From: Clostridia bacterium
GTDB taxonomy: Bacteria > Bacillota > Clostridia > Oscillospirales > CAG-272
Assembly (NCBI GenBank): GCA_017452545.1
Contig: JAFTME010000003.1
Span: 1-50,775 of the forward strand
Direction of reading: 5' to 3'
DNA: 50,775 nt
This document shows, in pieces, positions 7,098 to 16,700 of this stretch. Numbering within the stretch: position 1 is the stretch's first letter; each line of letters opens with the position of its first letter. The notes beneath the pieces are model-generated. The model saw only the letters and a program-made list of their open reading frames with translations, ran no database searches and was not told the origin of the DNA. Both the position numbers and the translations under genes were made by a program.

Positions 7098-10000
7098 TCA
7101 GATCACGCGTTTGAAATAGTGGAGATAGAGGCGCTTGCCTGCAGGCAGGCGCTTTTTCTTTTGCGTGATCAGCGTCAGATAGAATTGTGCGAGATCTGCC
7201 ATGGCATCGGCGGGCATGCCGTAGCCGAATTCCTCGGCGGCGACTGCCTCCAGAATATCTCCGATGCAGGTCTTACTGACGACCTCCTTATCCCCCGTGG
7301 CGCCGTCGGCGTATTCCATCGGATAGCCGAAGGTGTCCTCGTAGGCAAAGGAAATGCGCTTTGCATAAGCCTCGCGCAGCTCTCCCTTTTCGGGTGCGGT
7401 GCCGTACAGGGCGAGCAGCTCCAGCGTCTGGCGAATCAGCTTGGCTGCGACCTCGGCGCGGTGCTCCTCGGTATCGAACACGTGCTCCGCGCGGGCGATG
7501 GTATCCTTGGCAAGCTGCTCTCGTGCCTCTTGCGCGCGTTTTGCCTTGCGCAGGAAGCGAACGATCAGCACGATAACGGTGATCAGCACCAGCAGGACAG
7601 CAAGTGTCAGCAGAATGCCCTTGATCAGCGCTTCCCAGTTGAAGGGGATCTCCTCTCCGTTGCCGCCGGGAATATCCACGGGCGGTACGGGAGGCAGGAT
7701 CGACGGATCGTCATCCGGCTTTTCGGGCGTATCATCGGGCGTGGTGATCACAGGGCCCATGATCTCTGCCGAGGTGGATTTTTTGCCGTACAGATCGACG
7801 TAATAGGCGGGGGTGGTTTCATAGACGATCCAGCCGATGCCGTCGTACCAAACCTCGATCCAGGCGTGCTTATCGTTATCCTGGACGTCGCCGACGAAGC
7901 GACCAAGGTCATCGTCCGCATAGACGCGGCGAGTATATTCGTTACAGATATAGCCCTCAACGTAGCGCACGGGAATATCCAGCTCACGCAGCAGCAGGGC
8001 GGCGGCAGAGGCAAACTGCACGCAGTAGCCCTCCCTCGTTACGGTCAGGAAATTCTCCACACCGCAAAGCGTGGGATCGCCCTCCTTGGTGATGGTCAGC
8101 GTATAGGTACAATCGTCCACGAGGCGATTGATCACCGCCATGGTCAACAGATGGCGCTGTTCATAAGCCGATGCCTCAAGTGCATCACGGGTTGCAGCCT
8201 CGGAGAGCTGATAAGGCTGCGCACCCGGCAGCAGCTCGCCGCGCACGCGCTTGCCGGTCTCCTCGTCGATATACGAGTCGGCAAAGCAATCGTCGGGGTA
8301 ACTGCCGGTCAGGATCTCCTGCGCCAGCGCGCGGATGATCTCACTGTCGGCCTTGGAGGTATAGGTATTGTAAACAAAATCGCTATAAGCATTTGCTTCC
8401 TCAAGGAAGCGATCGATCATGGCACGGTAGACCTTATCGCCGTCCTCGACGTAGTGCTTGGCGATGCTCTCCCCGTTCGGATCGAACGTACCGGTATAGC
8501 TGCTCTTGAATGCGCGCTTATTCTTGAAGGAATTGTAGCGAGCGATCTCCTTTTCAGAGTTATTATACGCGGCGATCAGCGCAGCGACGTTGTGATACCA
8601 CTCTTCGTCCAGCTGCATGGGCGCGTAGACCAGCGCGGAATAATCGGCGCGCTGCTCGTCAAATTGTGAGCCTACCATAACGCCGTCGAAGAAATTGGCG
8701 TAGGGCAGCAGGTGCTTATTCAGCGATCGATATTCCAGCACGCCGTGCGCTTCGCTTGTGACGCGCGGGAGATACAGCTCCGCTCCTATCGAGCGCAGGC
8801 GCAGCACATTCGCCACGTATGCGACAAAGCCGTATTCCTCGTAGCTGTAATACTTTTCGTAAAGATCCTCCTCGACGATTTCTGCGGGCATGAACAGCTT
8901 GCAGAAGCGCTCGAAGGTTAGCTCACTCGGCATATCCTGCACGTCGTAGAGATCGCGCCACTGTGCGAGATGGTCGTCGTTTGCGGTATGCCATGCGCCG
9001 TCGATATAATCGACACCCAGCCAGCCCTGCATATACAGGTTATTATCAAACTGGGAGTAGATGCGCATCAGGTTCAGGTTTTGGAAGACCTGCGTTTCGG
9101 CGGTCGTGTCGTGCGGCTCAAAGTTTTGCTCCTCCTCGCCATAGGCGTACATCTCCATGACAGGATCGTCGCCACGCAGCACGGCAGTCACATATTCGCG
9201 GTAATAGTTCATGCGGCGGTCAATGCTCTCGATGGTATTGAAGGCGCCCTGCACGGTTACCGTCGGGAAAAACAGAAGGATGAACGACAGCAGCAGCATG
9301 GCAAAGCCGGCAAAGCCACCCATGGCAAGGCGGGCATCGGCGCCGATCCTGTCATACTTACGAACGGCAGCCAGCTGCGCGCGTTCGCGCTTACGCTCTT
9401 CCTCTTCAGGAGAGAGCGCGGGCTGCTTTTGGGAGCGACGGTTGGAGGAAAGATCGAGATAATCGTTCAGCTCGTCCTCAACCGTAACAAGTCCCGTAGC
9501 CCGGCGTTCGCGGCGACGCTCGCGGCGCTCGGCACGCGATTCCTTTTCCTGCTCCCGCTGCTCTGCCTGCGCGCGCAAGCGCTCCGGCACCTCGGGACGG
9601 TCGTCGACGAACAACGCGTGCTTCTCACGCACCAGTGCGTTGTTTTTCTTATCGTACAGGCACTGATAAGCGTACATGATCAGAATTGCCGCAAAGCCGG
9701 CGATCACGGACGTGACCGCCCAGTTGGAAACGGGGATATTAAAGGTAAAGATGGACATCAGCGTTGCCACCGAAACGATCAGCGGAACGACGATGCGGAT
9801 GCGGCGGATGAGGAAGGGCACGAACAGCAGCGCAAACAGCCAGCAAAGCGCTACGACGCCATCCGCAAGCAGCTCCTCCTGCTCAAATTCGGTGATCGGC
9901 AGCTTGATCACGCGGCTGATATAGCTGTAATAGCCCAAGCTGTACAGGCGCCGCATGATGGCGTTATACACCACCGTGACCACGTGGTCGATATAGGTCA

Positions 10001-10337
10001 GGGCGTCATCCTGCTGCAAAAGGTGCCAGAGCAGCACGCCCAAAATGGCGGTCGAGCCGATCGCGGCTGTATACCAGCGATAGCACACGACGGCAAGGAT
10101 CAGCACGGCAAGCAATGCGGGCAGGAAGGTCGCGCCGGCCTCCGACAGCTTGAAGGCAGAGGTGACAAGTGAGGTCACGCCGTTGACGGCAGCGAACACG
10201 ACCAGCATACGGCAAAGGTAACCCAGCAGTCGCATGGTCAGACTGCGCCCTGCGGCATCGGGAGGACAGATCAGCGCGGGCAGCACGCTCGCTTTGGCTT
10301 TTGCGGAGGTGGCAATTTTCTTTTTCTTGGTCATCAT
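7098..10337 (-). CDS. Membrane-anchored transglutaminase-like protein (TgpA-like)
   Basis: N-terminal multi-TM region; GYCVQFASA (Cys), RYVEGY, HAWIEVW (His), ETTP; Pro linker and C-terminal TM. Confidence 0.9.
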   Translation of the reverse strand: MMTKKKKIATSAKAKASVLPALICPPDAAGRSLTMRLLGYLCRMLVVFAAVNGVTSLVTSAFKLSEAGATFLPALLAVLILAVVCYRWYTAAIGSTAILGVLLWHLLQQDDALTYIDHVVTVVYNAIMRRLYSLGYYSYISRVIKLPITEFEQEELLADGVVALCWLFALLFVPFLIRRIRIVVPLIVSVATLMSIFTFNIPVSNWAVTSVIAGFAAILIMYAYQCLYDKKNNALVREKHALFVDDRPEVPERLRAQAEQREQEKESRAERRERRRERRATGLVTVEDELNDYLDLSSNRRSQKQPALSPEEEERKRERAQLAAVRKYDRIGADARLAMGGFAGFAMLLLSFILLFFPTVTVQGAFNTIESIDRRMNYYREYVTAVLRGDDPVMEMYAYGEEEQNFEPHDTTAETQVFQNLNLMRIYSQFDNNLYMQGWLGVDYIDGAWHTANDDHLAQWRDLYDVQDMPSELTFERFCKLFMPAEIVEEDLYEKYYSYEEYGFVAYVANVLRLRSIGAELYLPRVTSEAHGVLEYRSLNKHLLPYANFFDGVMVGSQFDEQRADYSALVYAPMQLDEEWYHNVAALIAAYNNSEKEIARYNSFKNKRAFKSSYTGTFDPNGESIAKHYVEDGDKVYRAMIDRFLEEANAYSDFVYNTYTSKADSEIIRALAQEILTGSYPDDCFADSYIDEETGKRVRGELLPGAQPYQLSEAATRDALEASAYEQRHLLTMAVINRLVDDCTYTLTITKEGDPTLCGVENFLTVTREGYCVQFASAAALLLRELDIPVRYVEGYICNEYTRRVYADDDLGRFVGDVQDNDKHAWIEVWYDGIGWIVYETTPAYYVDLYGKKSTSAEIMGPVITTPDDTPEKPDDDPSILPPVPPVDIPGGNGEEIPFNWEALIKGILLTLAVLLVLITVIVLIVRFLRKAKRAQEAREQLAKDTIARAEHVFDTEEHRAEVAAKLIRQTLELLALYGTAPEKGELREAYAKRISFAYEDTFGYPMEYADGATGDKEVVSKTCIGDILEAVAAEEFGYGMPADAMADLAQFYLTLITQKKKRLPAGKRLYLHYFKRVI

Positions 10338-12112
10338 CCCTGCGCCTCCTTCCCTTGTTCTGCATCGTCGGGCTGTGCACGGACGACGTCAAGACTCAAG
10401 CCGTTACCGCTGAGCAGCACTCGACAATTTTCAAGATAGGCGCGGCGCTCGGCGATATGGGCAAATCTCTGCTCTGCGTCATAGCAAAGCAGCTCGACCG
10501 CGCCGAAATTCGCACCGTCGGACAAGCCCGGCAGCGACGAAAACTCTGCAATCGTCTGCTCATCGGGCGCAGGCATGACGAAGATCTGCTTGATGCTCTG
10601 CGTATCCGCAAGCATGGTGCGCAGGCGGGTGACCTTCTGCTCGGGGCGGCAAAGCGGTGCCGTCGCAAACAGGCGGAAGATATTGTCAAAGTCGCGCTCG
10701 TCGGTCATTTCATATGCCAGGACGTCGCCCTCGGCACGGCTGTCAAACCACACAAGCAGGCAGTTGTTGCCCTGACGAAGCTCTCGCAGCACGGCGGAAA
10801 CCGCCAGCTCGATCACGCCGTCGGCGCAATATTCGTTCATATCCTCGTAATAGCGATCCTCTGCCAGCCGCTGAACGTCGACCGACGGCTCTTGGCTTGG
10901 CTGCACGGACACGCTCGGCTCGATCAGCTCGGCGGCATCCGCCTTTTTGCGGCGGCTGCGACGCTCAGCCGAGCGGATACGGCGGCGGGATTTTTCCATG
11001 ATCTCGCTATCGACGATGGCGCGGACGGTGGGATCGTCCGTCGCCTGTGTTTTCATATCGGCATCGACGGCAGTGGGCGCCGTTTTCGCAGCGTTGCGTG
11101 CCGCCTTGCGTTGACGGCGGCGGTCAGCGTCCGAGGCTTCCGCAGCAAGCGCTTCGGTCGGCACCGTATGTGCACGCGGCGGCTGCGTCGGATAATGCGC
11201 TGCCATATCGCAAAAGACGATGGCACGGTTGGAAACTCCGCTGGAATAATCGCGGACGATCAGCTCCTCGGACTTGGAGGAGAGATTCCAGTGCACGCTC
11301 TTGAGCGAGTCGCCCAAGCGGTACTCTCGGATATCCGAGATCTCAAGGCGGTCGTAGCTATAGGGAGATTTGGTGGAGCGGTTGGCGACGTCGGACACGG
11401 CCTCCGCAGAACCCTCTTCCCCTGCCCGCTTACGCGGCATGACGTAGATGGACTCAAAGCAATCCGCGTCCACACGGATGCGGAAAATGCGGAAAAAGTC
11501 GTACACATAAAAGCAGCTGACACCGACCTCGTAGGTACCGCGGAAACGGAAGGTGACACTGTTTTCCACCGAATAGACCGACAGCGGCGCCATGGAAAGG
11601 CGAGCGATCCGCTCCTCGGTGCGAACGGCGTCCGTCCGCGGGATGCGGATGATGGCATCCACGAAGGGATAGGCGAGAATGGATTCGTTGAGCACGCGGA
11701 AACGGTAATCGCACGGGCTCATTTTCTCGGTCTCCTTGGAATTGGAGACCATATAAACCTTGAGCGAGGCGCGTGCGGTCAGCGTGTACACCAGCATGGC
11801 GGGCAACAGCAGAAGCACGAACCAGAAAAACAGGTTAGACGCGCGGGAGCGCAGCACCTGCGTAAAGATCAGCGAACCGATCAGCAGCGCAAAATAACCG
11901 ATGGCTCCCTTGGTAAAGGCAAAGACACGGCGACTGTAGATGCGATCCTCCGGTTGGGCATTGGGACGCCAGGCAATATCCTGTGCCGCCACTCGCTTTT
12001 GCGCGGCGGCGTTCAACCACCGACGGATCAGCGGCAGACTCGTAACCCACCGGCAAGCACCGCTCCACGCTCGTTGCAGCCATGCCGCAGCCTTGGCAAA
12101 CGGTTGTTTCAT
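10334..12112 (-). CDS. DUF58 domain protein
   Basis: Two N-terminal TMs, FRGTY, IREYRLGDSLKSVHWNLSSK motif; lies between MoxR and the transglutaminase. Confidence 0.9.
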   Translation of the reverse strand: MKQPFAKAAAWLQRAWSGACRWVTSLPLIRRWLNAAAQKRVAAQDIAWRPNAQPEDRIYSRRVFAFTKGAIGYFALLIGSLIFTQVLRSRASNLFFWFVLLLLPAMLVYTLTARASLKVYMVSNSKETEKMSPCDYRFRVLNESILAYPFVDAIIRIPRTDAVRTEERIARLSMAPLSVYSVENSVTFRFRGTYEVGVSCFYVYDFFRIFRIRVDADCFESIYVMPRKRAGEEGSAEAVSDVANRSTKSPYSYDRLEISDIREYRLGDSLKSVHWNLSSKSEELIVRDYSSGVSNRAIVFCDMAAHYPTQPPRAHTVPTEALAAEASDADRRRQRKAARNAAKTAPTAVDADMKTQATDDPTVRAIVDSEIMEKSRRRIRSAERRSRRKKADAAELIEPSVSVQPSQEPSVDVQRLAEDRYYEDMNEYCADGVIELAVSAVLRELRQGNNCLLVWFDSRAEGDVLAYEMTDERDFDNIFRLFATAPLCRPEQKVTRLRTMLADTQSIKQIFVMPAPDEQTIAEFSSLPGLSDGANFGAVELLCYDAEQRFAHIAERRAYLENCRVLLSGNGLSLDVVRAQPDDAEQGKEAQG

Positions 12113-12132
12113 ATATGTATGCTTCCTTTATT

Positions 12133-13095
12133 TTACTTGCCGAGATACGGAACCTCCACCGAGCGGAAGATCTCATCCAGGATGCTATCGACCGACAGGT
12201 GGTTGAGCTTTGCCTCCTGCGTCAGGATCACGCGGTGTGCGACGGCAGTACGGTACAGCGCGGCAATATCGTCGGGCAGCACGTAATCGCGGCCGCGAAG
12301 GAAGGCATACGCCTGCGACAGGCGCATGAGTGCGACAGATGCACGGGGGCTGGCGCCAAGCGACAGCGACTTATGGCGTCTGGTTGCGGAGATCAGCGAG
12401 ACGATATAGGTATAGAGCGACTCCTCGACCTTGACCTCTGCCACCTTTTTCTTGGCCTCCATGATATCTTCGGCGCAAAGCATCTGGCTCGCGGTATCCA
12501 TGGGGTTCTGTCCGCGGCGAGCGCGCAGGATCTCGACCTCCTCCTGGGGGGAGGGATAGCCCATATTCAGCTTGAAGGCAAAGCGGTCCAGCTGCGCCTC
12601 GGGCAGCGGATAAGTACCGACATAGCCTGTGGGGTTCTGGGTTGCGATGACCATAAAGGGCTCGGGCATGGGATAGGTCACGCCATCAACAGTAACCTTA
12701 TTTTCCTCCATTGCCTCCAGCAGCGCAGACTGCGTCTTGGGTGAGGCACGGTTGATCTCGTCGGCCAGCAGCAAATTGCACATAACCAGACCCGAGCGGA
12801 ACTCGAAGCTCTCCTTCTGACGGTTATAAATATTAAAGCCGGTAATGTCGGATGCCATGATGTCAGGGGTAAACTGGGCGCGGTTGAACTGCATACCCAT
12901 AACGCGGGACATGGTGGCTGCAAGCGAGGTCTTTCCCGTTCCGGGGACGTCCTCGATCAGCACATGAGAGCCGGACAGCATTGCCGTCATCAAAAGGATC
13001 ATTTCGCGGTGCTTGCCGACGATGACCTTTTCCATCTCTGCAATGGCATCAAGAATTTTCTGCTGTTCCGTGGGGGTAGTCTTTACTTCATCCAT
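12133..13095 (-). CDS. MoxR family AAA+ ATPase
   Basis: EDVPGTGKT, QFTPD, LLADEINRASPKTQSALLEAM, ATQNP, LPEAQLDRF, GASPR; ATG 13095 after AAGGAGG. Confidence 0.96.
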   Translation of the reverse strand: MDEVKTTPTEQQKILDAIAEMEKVIVGKHREMILLMTAMLSGSHVLIEDVPGTGKTSLAATMSRVMGMQFNRAQFTPDIMASDITGFNIYNRQKESFEFRSGLVMCNLLLADEINRASPKTQSALLEAMEENKVTVDGVTYPMPEPFMVIATQNPTGYVGTYPLPEAQLDRFAFKLNMGYPSPQEEVEILRARRGQNPMDTASQMLCAEDIMEAKKKVAEVKVEESLYTYIVSLISATRRHKSLSLGASPRASVALMRLSQAYAFLRGRDYVLPDDIAALYRTAVAHRVILTQEAKLNHLSVDSILDEIFRSVEVPYLGK

Positions 13096-13308
13096 GAATA
13101 TAGCCTCCTTACGCATGGTTCGGGTAATAAAATACGACCGAAGCGGCAGCGCTGCTGCCCACTGCGCATTATAATACGTACATTATATCATATTTTTCGC
13201 ATATACGCGCACCCTTTGTGTGAAATTTACAAAAAAGATAAATTTAGTATCTGTTGAACAAAAGCAAAGCACCCAAATTGTACATAATGACAACGCTGCG
13301 ACGCAATA

Positions 13309-13685
13309 AACAACCACCCGCCAAGCGGGTGGTTGTTCACATGCGGGCATAGCCCTCCATTCTTCGCTATGCGTAAACGCATCTATACGAACTGCCAATT
13401 GCGTGGGAGTACTTACCAAGCCTCCCTCCGGGAGGGAGGTGGCACGCGACAGCGTGACGGAAGGAGCCTGCGTGACTGTAACAATGCACCTGTTCTATCC
13501 CAAGTGCCAAATCTGCAGTTGCGCACTCTCCTCCACCGCCTACGGCGGAGCCCCCTCTCGGAGGGAGCCTTTTAGTTACTCTCTTCACATCAATTCTTTC
13601 GTTTTTATTTCCTTTCTCAGGTACATTTCCCCCCGCATGATTCAACTATATAATTCTTACCGAACCACGCGTCTAACGCGTGGTT
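13309..13685. mobile_element. Possible non-autonomous hairpin-ended (IS200/IS605-like) remnant
   Basis: Related perfect hairpins AACAACCACCCGC-CAA-GCGGGTGGTTGTT (13309-13337) and AACCACGCGT-CTA-ACGCGTGGTT (13663-13685); no transposase between them. Confidence 0.35.
13418..13572. repeat. Inverted REP-like doublet
   Basis: AAGCCTCCCTCCGGGAGGGAGG.. on + and AAAGGCTCCCTCCGAGAGGGGG.. on -, each followed by a second small hairpin. Confidence 0.7.
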
Positions 13686-13694
13686 TTACTATAC

Positions 13695-13727
13695 AAAAAG
13701 GAACCCCTTTTTTCAAAGGGGTTCCTT
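13695..13727 (-). terminator. Terminator of the LRR surface protein gene
   Basis: AAGGAACCCCTTT / AAAGGGGTTCCTT stem, T run on the minus strand, 13 nt after the stop. Confidence 0.8.
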
Positions 13728-13740
13728 CGTTGATTTTTAA

Positions 13741-16700
13741 TTATCCGATCGGCTTCTTCTTGAGGTACAGGAAGTAGAACGCTGCGCCGCCGCCTGCAAG
13801 CACTGCAAGGAGCAGTACTACAGCTGCGATGGTTCTGCCGGTCTTATTCTTGGGCTGCTCGTCGGAGCCGCCGGGGGTCTGATCGCCGCCGGAGGGATTC
13901 TGCTCGTCCTCGCCGCCGGGGGTTCCGGGACCGGGGTTGACGGGCGTGTCGTCGCCGGAGCTCTTGGGCTGCATGGTGACCTCGAGGGTCTTATCTGCGA
14001 TACCCATGGTGCCCTTAACGACCTGTCCGCCGGAGGTGTAGCTCTCCAGATCGGGGATCTGAATCTCGTAAGCGGAGCCCGCCTGAACATCCTGCGTGTA
14101 GGTGCCGAGGATCGCGCCGTTGACGTCAACATAGTTGATAGTCAGCTTATAGAAGGCACGCGTGTAGACGACCTGAACGATGGTATCCTCTACCACGCTG
14201 TCAACACGGATGTTGGTCTGCTCGGTGGTATAGCCCTCGATTGCGGGAACGGGATAGTCAACGGAAGCGCCGTACTTTGCGGTAACGGAAGCGTCCTTGA
14301 TCATCTTGTAGCCTTCGGAGTCAACCTCAACGAACTGGAAGGTGACGCGATAATCTCTGAGCTTATAGACGACGTTGACCTCAGTCTCGCCTGCGTAGGA
14401 GTTGATAACAACGGTTGCGCGGTTGGGCGACATACCGGTAACCTCGGGAGAATCCACGGAAACCTTTTCACCGAAATAGGTTTCGATGACGGCATCCTGT
14501 GCTACGCGGTAGCCATCCTCATCAACGTAGTGGATGGTCAGCGTGTAGGGTGCCTTCTTATAGGTGATGATCAGCTCCTGATCCGCCTTGATGGACTGGA
14601 TCTGGTAGGTGGGCTGGATGGGCTTATAGTGCTCAACGGCGGGAGCGTCAATGGTGACCTTGGTCATATAGTCGCCCTTGACGATGACGTCGTCGCCCAG
14701 CTTGTTGCCGTTTTCGTCCTGCAGCTTTACGGTAACGTCGAACTGCTTAACGGTATAAACGACGGTCACGATGCGGTCGCTGGTCATATTGAGAACAGAG
14801 ACCTTTTCCTGGTTGGGCGTGTAGCCCGTGATCTCGGGAGAGGTGATCTCCATGCCCTTACCAAATTCAATGCGCTGCGTCTTGGTCTCTGCCAGCGTAT
14901 TGCCGTTGACATCCTGATACTTGATGGTCAGCGTATAGACGTTGGGAATATACTTGATGGTGATGGCCTGCGTACCCGTACCGGTCAGCGTGATCTCAAC
15001 GCTGGGAGCGCTGGGCGTGAAGTTGGGTACGATGGGAGAATCGACCACGATGGTCTCGCCGATGCTGCCGGTCAGGGTGACAGAGGGAGCAGCGGTCGTA
15101 CCGTCCATATACTGATAGTGAATGATCAGCTTGGTGCCGAGAACCAGCTTTGCGTTCTTGATCTCGGTGTCAGCATTGACAACCAGCGTCGTCCACTCCT
15201 TCTCGGTGCCGTTGAAGTAAGCGGTCGTGAGGGCGGAGCAGCCGTCAAAGATGCCGGTGGTCAGGGGCTTGAGCGTACCGTTGGTCAGGTCAACGCTCTT
15301 GAGTGCGGAACAGCCGGTAAAGCTGCCCTTGCCCAGCGTGACAACGGAGGACGGGATCATAATGGTCTCAAGCGAGGTACAATTCTGGAACGCGTGGATA
15401 CCCGTAGAGGTCAGGCCCTCATTCAGCGTCACCGATTTGAGCGACGTACAAGAGGTGAAGGCGTCATCGGGGATCTTGGTCAGCGTGCCGGGGATATCGA
15501 TGGACTCAAGGCTCGAGCAACCGTAGAATACGCGGCTGCCCATGCTCGTCAGGTCGTTCGAAAGCTCAACCGTCTTAAGGTTAGTGCAGAGCTCGAATGC
15601 AGCCTCGCCGATGCTCGTGATGCTATCAGCCATCTTAATGTGCTGAATGTTCTTATCCTTGGTCAGAAGGTTGCTGCCGATACCGGTAATGCCGTTGGCA
15701 AATACGATGGTGTGGATATAGGGCAGTTCTCTCTCCCATGCCGTCTTATCGGTGACGGGGCCGTAGCCGGACAGCGTCAGAACGCCGTTTGCACGGTCAA
15801 CGGACCAGGAGATGCCGTCCACAGTGGACTGACCGGATGCGTAGCGATAAACCAGTGCGTCGGTCAGCTCGGTGTTACCGGGCTCGCACGCGGGGAGATC
15901 GTACTCCCAGACGGCTTTAACGATAGAAGAGCAGCCGGAGAACGCCTTGAGCTTAACGGTCAGCGTAGAGGTGGACTTGATGACAACACCGGTCAGGGAG
16001 GAGCAATTGTAGAATGCTTCCTCGCCAATGGTGACGAGAGTAGAGGGGAGATCCAGGAACTTGAGTGCCTTGCAGCCGTAGAACGCCCAGTAGCCGATCG
16101 AGATCAGGCCCTCGGGCAGGGTGACGGACTCAAGAGAGGTACAGTTGCAGAAGGTATAATCGCTGATGGACGTGATTCCCTCGGGAATGACGATGGTCTT
16201 CAGAGAGGTACAGTCGCGGAATGCGCTGGTACCGATCGCTTTGAGCGTATTGGGAAGGTTGATGTTTTCCAAAGAGGAGCATCCGCGGAAGGCATCGGCG
16301 CCGATGGACTCGATACCTGCATGCAGTTGAACGTTCTTCAGATCAACACAGTTCTGGAATGCGCCTGCCCCAATCGACTTGACGCTATTGGCGACGAACA
16401 CGTCAACAGCCTTGGTCATGCCACTGAAAGCGTTGGTACCGATGCGAGTAACGTCGGAGTAAACGGAAATACCCTTGACAACGGGAGCGTAAGAATACCA
16501 GGGTGTCAGCTCTGCGCGGTCATAATCGGGGATCGCGCCCGTACCCGTGATGCTCAGAGACTGCGTGTTTGCATCATAGGACCAGGTCAGCTTACCCTCG
16601 GTATTGGGAATGGTATTGGAAACGCTGGAGCCGGGCAGAGAGGGCGTAACGGGTGCGCTGGTGCGATAGGTCAGTACGCGCTCAAGGTAGGTGTTGCCCA

